A stretch of DNA of 64,000 nucleotides, from positions 14,863,432 through 14,927,431 of the forward strand of contig NC_092679.1 of NCBI RefSeq assembly GCF_964355755.1, read 5' to 3'. Each line of letters opens with the position of its first letter. Within the stretch, counting starts at the first letter, position 1. The stretch is from Antedon mediterranea (lineage: Eukaryota; Animalia; Echinodermata). The notes under the pieces are model-generated. The model made no database searches. It was given only the letters and a program-made list of their open reading frames with translations, and was not told where the DNA came from. Positions 55,001-62,105 of this stretch are shown piece by piece. The position numbers and the translations under genes were made by a program.

Positions 55001-57266
55001 GAAATCTGTGTGAATGAGAAAAGGCCACCCCAAACGAGATTCGAACTTGGAATGCAAATGTCCTACCCTAATTAACTGGGCATTTATGGCATTGTTAATT
55101 CGATTGGATAGCGACTCTTTAGCACCCTCAGCGTGGCACGGCGGAACAGCACTAGTTCTCAATTGTTGCACAATACAGAGATACGAAATAATAAGATACA
55201 CTCCTACAAAAATAATTCTTTTTAATAATTAATTTATAATAATACTAAAATTACATTTATTAGCAGTTAACATTCATTTTTGTATGGATGAGCAGGTACC
55301 AATAGATATTGTAGGCCTAATATACTTCAGGTACAGGCTTATGGAATGCGCAGTGAAGTGCTTTTGGAATGCAAGTACTGGTATAAGTGGCCTACTGGAT
55401 CTCAAACGAACATTTTATGCAACTAAATTAATTACACAATAGTAGATAAATCTAAAGCAAATATAACTTAAAACAGAAAAATATCATACTTAGCTGACTG
55501 TGTTGATATGACTGTCTCAATGTCTTTATATTAAACATTACAATTAATTTCCAAGCCTAGGATGTTTCCCTCCAAACGTTGATAGTAAAATTTGGACCTT
55601 AATACCGCTGCACCACCGTTTTATGGTGCTAAGTTTAACAGCACGTTTACCTGTTGCTATTTTCACAAGTAATCTTATCTAGTATATATTTGAAAAGTAA
55701 TCAATACCGCGCCAATGAGCTATTGTTTCCTGACCAAAGGTAATTCAGGAAATACAGATTGATATCAATTACACAACTTGTGGAAAAGTCACTCTAGTAG
55801 TACTAGTGGGAAAAGGTAAACATTACGTGAAGAAACTGTAAATCATTTATATAGATTTAAAAACAAACTTTCACACAGCTATTTTATAAAAGGTTGTTGC
55901 GATCAATTATATTACTCTCCTGTGAAAGAAATGATGGGGAATATGTTTTAACACTAGACACCACTATTATAATTACCAGGACACACTGTCAAATGTGTTC
56001 CCTTAATATGGGTTCTACTCTTAAGTTAAACTAAATCAAACTTGATGTGACAAAAAAAGTGTGATGTGCCCAAATATAGTATAGTAGTGAAATGACATCA
56101 TCATGTCCATATATGGGCACATCTCATTTTGTCATATAAAGTTTGATAGTGTAAACAGAGCTTAAGCTGGAAATTTAGAACATTATCTATAGCATACAGT
56201 ATCCGAATACAGTAATATATTAATGTATACTATATATTTTACTAAAATGCATTGATATGTATTGCATAGACTTTCACAAGTTTTGGCGGTGGTTTAAAAA
56301 ATGCTAAAATAAAAACAACAAGCTTGAACATGCTACTTTAGGCATATTTCCGTATAAATTTGTGATACTGTGGAAATCTTCCCTGAAGCTTCTTATAGGA
56401 GGTTCTTACTGGTACCATACTAAAATGTAGGTATAAAACTCAAATTATCATTGTCATAGTTCTAGGTTTATATCGCAGAGCACGATTAAAATCAGCATAT
56501 TATTATTGGTCTAATATCACACTTTGGAGAAACTTTCATTTACCAGTTATCAACTGCATTAGAAAGGTGTATTACTCGCATATAATAGGGGAAGTTTAAT
56601 CCAAAATAACAGATTCCAGATGTAACCACTTATGTACATAAATTACCCCCTAATGAGAAGTAAATTACTTAATATTATAAACTTGTAATACCTCAATCAA
56701 TTTACTACTTTCTACTAGATTTCAATGAACTTTTAAAATTTCATAACAGAACTTGTCAAAACAAAGCCAGTATACACACAAACAAACACAAAATACCTAT
56801 ATCGATTGTTTACAAATTACAAAATCATTTAATTCTAAAGTTCTACATATTATCAAATACAGCAGATCCCCTCTTTAGGGACGCCATTTTCTCAGGGGAT
56901 ACCTCTATTAAGGGGATACTTTCTTGTGTAGGCCTACTGAATGTACTACTGCCAACATTTCAGGGGACACCCCTATTAACTGGACACTTCCAAAGATGTC
57001 CCTTGTTCTACTGTAAAATAAAATAGTTTTGTTAATTTAGGGTAAAAGGAGGGGTGGTATTAGTCTAATGATAGACAAACGACATAAGGGCTGATAGCCC
57101 AACGTAGTGATAAATGATAGGCATCTACAGTAAATGGACCAGAACACCAAGGTGATGCGAAAATAGATAGATGAGGAAAAGAAAAAAATATATTATTTGT
57201 GCTTATAAACTTTGTTAACTAACCTCTTAGTTTTACTTTTCTCACAGAAGTCTGACGGTCGTACAT
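9797..57266 (-). CDS. SYNE1: Nesprin-1 / MSP-300-like giant spectrin-repeat protein, multi-exon, 3'-partial (no KASH domain in window)
   Basis: Spliced N-terminus DEQERVQKKTFTNWINSYLSK-HRPPKEVKDLFEDIKDGTILLALLTVLSGERL-PVEQGRKRVHFITNINTALRFLEKKK-IKLVNINASDIADGKTHIVLGLIWTII...PPPAKK...AKKALLEW...KDFGPSWRDGRAF...[37 protein letters not shown] follows the nesprin-1 CH1-linker-CH2 pattern. About 58 spectrin-repeat exons follow, and splice phases are consistent throughout. Confidence 0.9.
10820..10996 (-). CDS. SYNE1: nesprin E65
   Basis: 177 nt, GRWQQLEKTLSDLQAWV. Confidence 0.86.
11144..11281 (-). CDS. SYNE1: nesprin E64
   Basis: 138 nt, EILDNAVSHQQLLSAAEDRVE. Confidence 0.82.
12169..12501 (-). 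CDS. SYNE1: nesprin E63
   Basis: 333 nt, FEEAVNKCSDWM. Confidence 0.87.
13312..13479 (-). CDS. SYNE1: nesprin E62 (11c)
   Basis: 168 nt, ITDHQDYHDA. Confidence 0.86.
13837..13992 (-). CDS. SYNE1: nesprin E61 (11b)
   Basis: 156 nt. Confidence 0.85.
14357..14683 (-). CDS. SYNE1: nesprin E60 (11a)
   Basis: 327 nt. Confidence 0.88.
14962..15126 (-). CDS. SYNE1: nesprin E59 (10c)
   Basis: 165 nt. Confidence 0.87.
15743..15898 (-). CDS. SYNE1: nesprin E58 (10b)
   Basis: 156 nt. Confidence 0.85.
15978..16063 (-). repeat. 24-bp tandem repeat (about 3.5 copies) of the E57 exon end and splice donor
   Basis: TATAAG-GTATGGTGTACCAATTGG-TACAAT-GTATGGTGTACCAAAGGG-TACAAG-GTTTGG... Confidence 0.85.
16058..16384 (-). 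CDS. SYNE1: nesprin E57 (10a)
   Basis: 327 nt. Confidence 0.88.
16597..16761 (-). CDS. SYNE1: nesprin E56 (9c)
   Basis: 165 nt. Confidence 0.86.
16956..17108 (-). CDS. SYNE1: nesprin E55 (9b)
   Basis: 153 nt, using the in-frame gttggt donor. Confidence 0.82.
17554..17880 (-). CDS. SYNE1: nesprin E54 (9a)
   Basis: 327 nt. Confidence 0.88.
18061..18225 (-). CDS. SYNE1: nesprin E53 (8c)
   Basis: 165 nt. Confidence 0.86.
18599..18754 (-). CDS. SYNE1: nesprin E52 (8b)
   Basis: 156 nt. Confidence 0.86.
19163..19489 (-). CDS. SYNE1: nesprin E51 (8a)
   Basis: 327 nt. Confidence 0.88.
19595..19759 (-). CDS. SYNE1: nesprin E50 (7c)
   Basis: 165 nt, VKDHQKYQKN. Confidence 0.86.
19927..20082 (-). 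CDS. SYNE1: nesprin E49 (7b)
   Basis: 156 nt. Confidence 0.84.
20432..20758 (-). CDS. SYNE1: nesprin E48 (7a)
   Basis: 327 nt. Confidence 0.88.
20901..21065 (-). CDS. SYNE1: nesprin E47 (6c)
   Basis: 165 nt, FSDHQQY. Confidence 0.86.
21336..21491 (-). CDS. SYNE1: nesprin E46 (6b)
   Basis: 156 nt. Confidence 0.85.
21781..22107 (-). CDS. SYNE1: nesprin E45 (6a)
   Basis: 327 nt. Confidence 0.88.
22328..22492 (-). CDS. SYNE1: nesprin E44 (5c)
   Basis: 165 nt. Confidence 0.86.
22650..22805 (-). CDS. SYNE1: nesprin E43 (5b)
   Basis: 156 nt. Confidence 0.86.
23090..24167. repeat. perfect minisatellite, 22 x 49 bp
   Basis: Unit TAATTGGTCAGATGTTAGCTCTACTCTGACCCTAGCCATCAGCGCAAGC, no variant copies seen. 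Confidence 0.97.
24269..24595 (-). CDS. SYNE1: nesprin E42 (5a)
   Basis: 327 nt. Confidence 0.88.
24783..24947 (-). CDS. SYNE1: nesprin E41 (4c)
   Basis: 165 nt. Confidence 0.86.
25070..25225 (-). CDS. SYNE1: nesprin E40 (4b)
   Basis: 156 nt. Confidence 0.85.
25510..25836 (-). CDS. SYNE1: nesprin E39 (4a)
   Basis: 327 nt. Confidence 0.88.
25994..26158 (-). CDS. SYNE1: nesprin E38 (3c)
   Basis: 165 nt. Confidence 0.86.
26382..26531 (-). CDS. SYNE1: nesprin E37 (3b)
   Basis: 150 nt. Confidence 0.85.
26743..27075 (-). CDS. SYNE1: nesprin E36 (3a)
   Basis: 333 nt. Confidence 0.88.
27352..27516 (-). CDS. SYNE1: nesprin E35 (2c)
   Basis: 165 nt. Confidence 0.87.
27889..28044 (-). CDS. SYNE1: nesprin E34 (2b)
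   Basis: 156 nt. Confidence 0.85.
28176..28502 (-). CDS. SYNE1: nesprin E33 (2a)
   Basis: 327 nt. Confidence 0.88.
28922..29086 (-). CDS. SYNE1: nesprin E32 (1c)
   Basis: 165 nt. Confidence 0.86.
29587..29748 (-). CDS. SYNE1: nesprin E31 (1b)
   Basis: 162 nt. Confidence 0.86.
30356..30682 (-). CDS. SYNE1: nesprin E30 (triplet 1a)
   Basis: 327 nt, phase 0. Confidence 0.88.
31229..31393 (-). CDS. SYNE1: nesprin E29
   Basis: 165 nt, VNDHQEFADS. Confidence 0.85.
31637..31789 (-). CDS. SYNE1: nesprin E28
   Basis: 153 nt, phase 0. Confidence 0.83.
32126..32419 (-). CDS. SYNE1: nesprin E27
   Basis: 294 nt, phase 0, W-x2-F...WL motif. Confidence 0.85.
32650..32964 (-). CDS. SYNE1: nesprin E26
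   Basis: 315 nt, AEVWQEYEARG. Confidence 0.86.
33125..33448 (-). CDS. SYNE1: nesprin E25
   Basis: 324 nt, HWQAYQFAKEQLLPWM. Confidence 0.88.
33616..33933 (-). CDS. SYNE1: nesprin E24
   Basis: 318 nt, LESKWNDFLQKMDVLAEW. Confidence 0.88.
34137..34280 (-). CDS. SYNE1: nesprin E23
   Basis: 144 nt, DAVGLWEKYDQEK. Confidence 0.83.
34635..34799 (-). CDS. SYNE1: nesprin E22
   Basis: 165 nt, phase 0. Confidence 0.82.
35019..35445 (-). CDS. SYNE1: nesprin E21
   Basis: 427 nt, LDLVKDWMNQ...LLEKHK. Confidence 0.87.
35635..35855 (-). CDS. SYNE1: nesprin E20
   Basis: 221 nt, LPDKWNEYNQ, ends in phase 2. Confidence 0.86.
35995..36288 (-). CDS. SYNE1: nesprin E19
   Basis: 294 nt, AFFDEQSNKLEEF...LGLHK. 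Confidence 0.86.
36619..36786 (-). CDS. SYNE1: nesprin E18
   Basis: 168 nt, phase 0. Confidence 0.8.
37228..37371 (-). CDS. SYNE1: nesprin E17
   Basis: 144 nt, phase 0. Confidence 0.83.
37606..37929 (-). CDS. SYNE1: nesprin E16
   Basis: 324 nt, YENGMKELVKWLDDGE. Confidence 0.87.
38342..38497 (-). CDS. SYNE1: nesprin E15
   Basis: 156 nt, YAEFVKNLRIWLDKKE. Confidence 0.85.
38902..39063 (-). CDS. SYNE1: nesprin E14
   Basis: 162 nt, phase 0. Confidence 0.85.
39584..39789 (-). CDS. SYNE1: nesprin E13
   Basis: 206 nt, LSVEIRSVETMLEEVIENWKKY. Confidence 0.88.
40072..40165 (-). CDS. SYNE1: nesprin E12
   Basis: 94 nt, phase 0/1, complements E13. Confidence 0.82.
40619..40900 (-). CDS. SYNE1: nesprin E11
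   Basis: 282 nt, TEEKFSTWNVKYGSQEQVKDILQDY. Confidence 0.88.
41309..41620 (-). CDS. SYNE1: nesprin E10, spectrin repeat
   Basis: 312 nt, LPFQLKEVTTWLRGAEDLL. Confidence 0.88.
42000..42901 (+). mobile_element. probable solo LTR (Gypsy-like)
   Basis: TGTTGTATT...AATACAATA ends (terminal CA apparently mutated to TA), 4-bp ATAT flanks, TATAAAA at ~42612, AATAAA at ~42802, internal short duplications. Confidence 0.5.
42952..43071 (-). CDS. SYNE1: nesprin E9
   Basis: 120 nt, TAAASEELRMRGEVMEWIGKS, phase 0. Confidence 0.8.
43369..43874. repeat. exact 252-bp tandem duplication
   Basis: atttatgcaacacataat... at 43371 and 43623. Confidence 0.93.
43918..44012 (-). CDS. SYNE1: nesprin E8, CH2 end
   Basis: [25 protein letters not shown]. 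Confidence 0.93.
44616..44821 (-). CDS. SYNE1: nesprin E7, CH2
   Basis: KDFGPSWRDGRAFTTLLHNIREGLVDL...[14 protein letters not shown]. Confidence 0.93.
45371..45460. mobile_element. short palindromic MITE (PIF/Harbinger-like)
   Basis: ggtctttcatacctgttc...gaacaggtgtgaaagacc. Confidence 0.5.
45718..45890 (-). CDS. SYNE1: nesprin E6, CH linker and CH2 start
   Basis: IEQNALQ...GPPPAKKQTPGKSRLTAKKALLEWAKK, ends in phase 2. Confidence 0.9.
46985..47230 (+). mobile_element. SINE relic with Deu/Nin-domain-like centre
   Basis: B-box ggttcgactc, then tatccttagacaagatgcttt and gatgggacgtatagccgttggtcccgtgt...gttaaagaac. Confidence 0.5.
47896..48222. repeat. ~160-bp tandem duplication including the left half of a MITE
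   Basis: atattttttatgtataagtttatcaat... repeated. Confidence 0.85.
48162..48303. mobile_element. PIF/Harbinger-like palindromic MITE
   Basis: AGCTCTGTCTACACTATCA...TGATAGTGTAGACAGAGCT with TTA TSD. Partial copies at ~40480-40598, ~41085-41110 and ~56030-56163. Confidence 0.7.
48410..48427 (-). CDS. SYNE1: candidate 18-nt microexon (FYDPAQ)
   Basis: tttttacttccag|TTTTATGACCCTGCACAA|gtaagt, phase 0/0. Confidence 0.6.
49510..49599 (-). CDS. SYNE1: nesprin E5, CH1 end
   Basis: IKLVNINASDIADGKTHIVLGLIWTIIVNQ, 90 nt. Confidence 0.93.
50287..50364 (-). CDS. SYNE1: nesprin E4, CH1
   Basis: PVEQGRKRVHFITNINTALRFLEKKK, 78 nt. Confidence 0.92.
51007..51102 (-). CDS. SYNE1: nesprin E3, CH1
   Basis: HRPPKEVKDLFEDIKDGTILLALLTVLSGERL, 96 nt. 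Confidence 0.93.
51578..51639 (-). CDS. SYNE1: nesprin E2, CH1 start
   Basis: (D)EQERVQKKTFTNWINSYLSK, ag/gt bounded. Confidence 0.93.
51864..52348. repeat. 14-bp minisatellite (~34 copies, ATGGTATATTTTAC)
   Basis: Read directly. It produces spurious 14-aa-periodic ORFs in three frames. Confidence 0.95.
57224..57266 (-). CDS. SYNE1: nesprin candidate first coding exon (E1)
   Basis: ATG...MYDRQTSVRKVKLR + G|gttagt. The phase-1 end completes the split Asp codon G|AT of DEQER. Confidence 0.55.
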
Positions 57267-58699
57267 CTTCAAATAATGGTAGTATCTCTTTTTGTAAGCA
57301 ATCAAATTAAAAACTTCAAATTATCATCATCCAAGTACAGAATGCGGAATCCATAGTAAGTTTTATATTTAAATATCAAATACTTTGGAACAATATATAA
57401 TCCATAGTGTACTAAATCCAATGAAATTTTTCAGGTATCAAGAAACAAATTTGTTCTTGTATAATGACATTGCTCCAGAAACGTTAGTCGTTGACTGAAG
57501 ATGAGTAACTGAACAGCCGAAATAGTGGAACTTAACATTTATCTGCTTAGTCAACCATGACTAATTAAGAATAAGAAAAACAATACCGCTGACAGGGAAA
57601 GACAACTCCAAGGTCAAGATACAAGATGGTCACGATAATACAGTTGAAGTACTATACAGAGTATTATCTATCTATTCATTCATTTTAAAGTATGTTATTA
57701 TTGTCAGTAATTTCTGTTCTGAAGTTTAGGGCCTATGTCTTGTTATCCATCCATGCATTTTGACAAGTGCTAGGCCTACATTCTTCGCAAGACATGAACT
57801 TTGTCACGTTGTACAGAAGGCTCATCATGAAGGCGCTGGTGACAGTTCACAACATGTGGTGGAAATACTAGTCTACCATTATTAAATTTAACGATTGAGG
57901 GCGATGTTATGTAGACTTTTATAATATCATTAATAAGTGAATGATACAATAAAGAAAACAATTGTTTATTTGTTATAATTTCATTAAAAATGAAAACACT
58001 TAGGTGTAGCTCTTTTTTGTATTGTGTACTGGTGCTTAGTCATTAAAAATGGTATGTATACATACAGTGTCAAACCACAAAAGTGTAAACTACAAACTTA
58101 TTGGTATTGTTGTTTTTGTTGACTTTTCTCTTTTTTTCCTTTAAAAGTCATCATCACTATCAAAAGAAACATTTTCAGGTGTTTTTTCACAAAATTATTA
58201 TGAAGAAATTATTTTACAATCAAGAAAATATAAACACTGACAAATGATACACCACGGCATTCAAAGATTACAATACTGTAGGGCATTTGTTTACTATGAA
58301 AGGTACACCATCCTTTGTTATTATAAATATTGTAAATCATATAAACACAACTATACAACAATATACAGAAATATTATGCTGGTTGTGTCACACTATCCTG
58401 GTTGTCAAAAAAAATGTTTGTAGTGTGCAAAATGAAAGATATTTTTATTGGTTGGTCTAACTCATCAATTATCAATCATGCGAAAGAGAGGGAAAACTCT
58501 ACAATCAACCTTCTCATTACCAACTTTCTATTTTACAAACGGTCCTCATATTATGTCATTAATACATTTCGTCCAAATTGTGTTAGTTCTAAATTCTGGT
58601 TTTGTAAAAAAAAAAATTCCTTAGTTTGCATACAGGTAGGTATTTTAAATTAAATACAATATTAAGCAGAGTTATATTGAAATAATAATAAAACGTTTA

Positions 58700-58880
58700 A
58701 TAATAATAATAATAAATGTTTATAAAGCGCTATTTACTGATATCTCACAGCTCTAAAAGACCAACAAGAAATATTGAAAAAGGTGAGATGTTAGAAGTAT
58801 TAACTTGAATTGCTTAAGAAATATACATGGATGGATATGGGGCAGGGGTAGAAGCTGGTTCCAAACTAGTGGCGCTTGTG
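58700..58880 (-). mobile_element. L2-type LINE 3' end relic
   Basis: The minus strand reads APLVWNQL, followed by a agcgctttataaa tail and an (ATT)n run. Confidence 0.5.
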
Positions 58881-59595
58881 TAAATATAAACCTTGTGGTA
58901 ATGAAATAATTATGAATATGATACGTCATTATACAGTAACTTATAGGTTCCTGCTTTAAGTATTTATACTAAGGATATTCTTCCAAATTTCTTTGGCCTC
59001 AGACCAAGGTTAGGTAGGTCGACTCTAGCTGTAAAAGTTTCTAAATGCCTTGAAATAAAACTGCTACCTATCCGATATTTGAATGTAATCACTTTTTACA
59101 TCAATGTGAAGACAACATTTGCATAATACAATACCTTCCAACCCAGACACAAGTCATAACAATTGTAAAGCCAGGAACTACCCAACAATAAGGTATTTTT
59201 AGCCGATAGTCTAGCAATAAAAATATTACAATAAACCAAAGAAAATCGTGTATTGTTGTCAGTCACTTCCAGATGATTAACTCCAACTAAAAAGTGATTA
59301 TTTGCTAAGAACTCAACAATAATATAGATTTACATTTATATTGTAATAAAAAGAGAAATTCCCCAGGCTCAACTTGGTTTTATTAGTCTTTTATACCCTC
59401 AGTCGTAATATGTACATTTAGATGTTATGATCTAATAATCTGAAAAAGAATGAACAGTGGCTTTTATGTTAATAGGTAGATTAGATTCCTATTACTGTAT
59501 TAAAGTCTCATATAAAGTTATTACATAATTAATATCTCATATCGCAATAATAACATAGCATCATAAATACACTGTAGGGATAATATTTATCAATA

Positions 59596-60070
59596 CAGTG
59601 GAACCCCTCCTTGTGGACACCACTACAGTATTGAAGGGACACCCCTATTAAGGGGAAACTTTATTGTGAAATGAACAAAGAGCAATACTGTATATATTAC
59701 AGTATGGTTTACTCTAATTAGGGAAACCTCGTATTAAAGTGACACTTTCCTGTGAAATAAACAAAGAGCAATGTATTGTTTACCCTATTGACGGGATACC
59801 TCTATTAAAGGGTCATTTATGAATTGAACAAAAAGCAATTTATGGTTTTTCATATTCAATAGACACCCCTATGAATGGGACATTTTCCTGTGAAATGAAC
59901 AAAGAGCAAGAAATGGTTTAACACTATGGCCACTAACCCTATATAAGGAACACCTCTATTAAGGGGACACTTTCCTATAAAATAAACTAAGAGCAATATG
60001 GTTTTTAACACTATGGCCAACCCCTATTCAAAGGACACTCCTATAAGGGGACACATTGTTGGGTCCATGA
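59596..60070. mobile_element. Tc1/pogo-type MITE family copy with internal tandem units
   Basis: TA-CAGTGGAACC start and repeated CCCCTATTAAGGGGACAC motifs. Confidence 0.6.
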
Positions 60071-60717
60071 ATTAAACACCCCTTTCTTGCTCATTCATAT
60101 TGACTAAAACCATAGTATGATAAGTGAATTGTGTCACTGTGTAGCCTATCCACCATGGTAAACAACTGAGATGCGTTAATGTCCGCCTATCCACAGTCGT
60201 TCAACACGGATTAACAACCGTTGAATACTTTCAGCATAATGCGATTCATTCAACTTGTTGTTATATTATTTCAAATGCTAATTGAACCATACTAAGAGCT
60301 GTATTTAACACATACAATCGGCTTTGTATTATAAATTTGAAATAATCATAATCGTGTAATTTGACAGTATCAAAATATCATTAGGCCTACAGTATACCTG
60401 GTACAGTCAACTCTCACAATACCGGGCTCTCCAAAAACTAGATGCTCTCCTAATACCAGATTTTTCTCAAGTTCCAAACGGTTCCAAATTCATTTTTACC
60501 ACTAAAAACACATTCCAGAAAACCAAACATAGCATTGGCAGGGTGGGAAATGTCTCTTTGATTCTCAAGCAAATTTGGTGCAATAAATTATTAAATACCA
60601 TACTACACAAAATGGCTGCAGCAGCCTGTTATTACAGATGGTCACTGGTAATCAGACATGTACAATTCAGAATGTACTTTTCCATTTAATCAATTGGTTG
60701 ATAAGTTTTTCCTAGTA

Positions 60718-61116
60718 CAGTAGAACTCTTACTGTACTTAGGGACACCCCTATTCAGAGGACATCTCTATTCAGACACTCCAATTAAGAGGACACTTTCC
60801 TATCCAACAAACAAAAGGAAATATATATTTTAAACACTACATTCAACCTCTATTCAGACACACCCCTATTCATGGGACACCCCTATTCAGGAGACACTCC
60901 TACAATTTTCTATGCAACAAACAAGGGAGAAAATATGTTTCAACACTACAGCCAACCTCTATTCAGGGGACACCCTTGTTCAGAGGACACAGGGAATACT
61001 CCTATTAAATGAATACTTGTGAAACAAATAAGGAGAATACATATTTCAACGCTACAGCCAACACTTATTCAGGGACACAAGTCCTGAAGGTGTCCCCTTA
61101 AATAGGCGTTCTACTG
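60718..61116. mobile_element. Tc1/pogo-type MITE family copy
   Basis: TA-CAGTAGAAC...GTTCTACTG. The same family occurs at ~19090, 21130-21295, 34020-34130, 38706-38888, 39360-39540, 47448-47530, 49119-49268 and 56859-57013. Confidence 0.7.
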
Positions 61117-61659
61117 TGATGCCAACAGATTCCCTCTTCGGTGTTATGTCAATGTATTATGCTAACAGCAAGACATAAAAGTGAAATATAACTGCAAACT
61201 TTCCTTTGTACTTCCTTCAGTAAACATCATTAAAACAATTTTATAAATTACACATCAAACTTACTAGTTTCTTTACTTCTTGAACATCCCATGAATACAT
61301 ATTCCAAAGTAAACACAAATGAAAAAATCTTTAACAACAGAGAAATTTTCTGAGACTATTGTAATACTGACCCCCTTCATTGAAACACAATATGAAACTG
61401 TCTGTCGTCTCGTCGTCATTAACATATGATGAAAATAGATTCAGAGTAAATCCGTTTAGACTTACATCGATGTGAATAATTTGATTATAGATAGTGGACT
61501 AATTTCAAACTACAAACTAACCATGGCGACATTCAATTAATACTATATTTCCTTTTGTTATGGCCAAGACCTGTGATGTTTACAATGGCTGAACTAAAGC
61601 GTCATTCAATTCTCATCATAAACAGATCAATCAGGTCATCGCATTCTTTAACAATACTT

Positions 61660-62105
61660 TTTATCTTCTTCTACAACTACAATACAATCTTTCAAGTTTT
61701 CAATCTTCTTCTTATACAAATTACAATACTGTACAATCTTTTCCTACAATTTTTATCTTTACAACATTCAATATAATTTTTAACAATATCTTTTGTCTTC
61801 TTCAACAACTACAATCTACAGTGTTTTTCTCTTCTTCTACAGCTACAATACAATCTTTCAAATTGTCATCTTCTTATACAAACTACAATACAGTTTTTAA
61901 CAATTCTTTTTGACTTCTTCTACAGCTACAATACAATCTTTCAAATTGTCATCTTCTTTACAAACTACAATACAGTTTATAACATTAACAATTCTTTTTT
62001 GTCTTCTTCAACAACTACAATCTACAGTGTTTTTGCCCTTATTCTACAACTATTATCTATAGTATAATTACTTTTTCATCTTTTTCTACAATTTCTGTAT
62101 AATAC
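61660..62105. repeat. degenerate low-complexity tandem repeat
   Basis: Recurrent cttcttctacaactacaatacaatctttcaa units. Confidence 0.75.
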
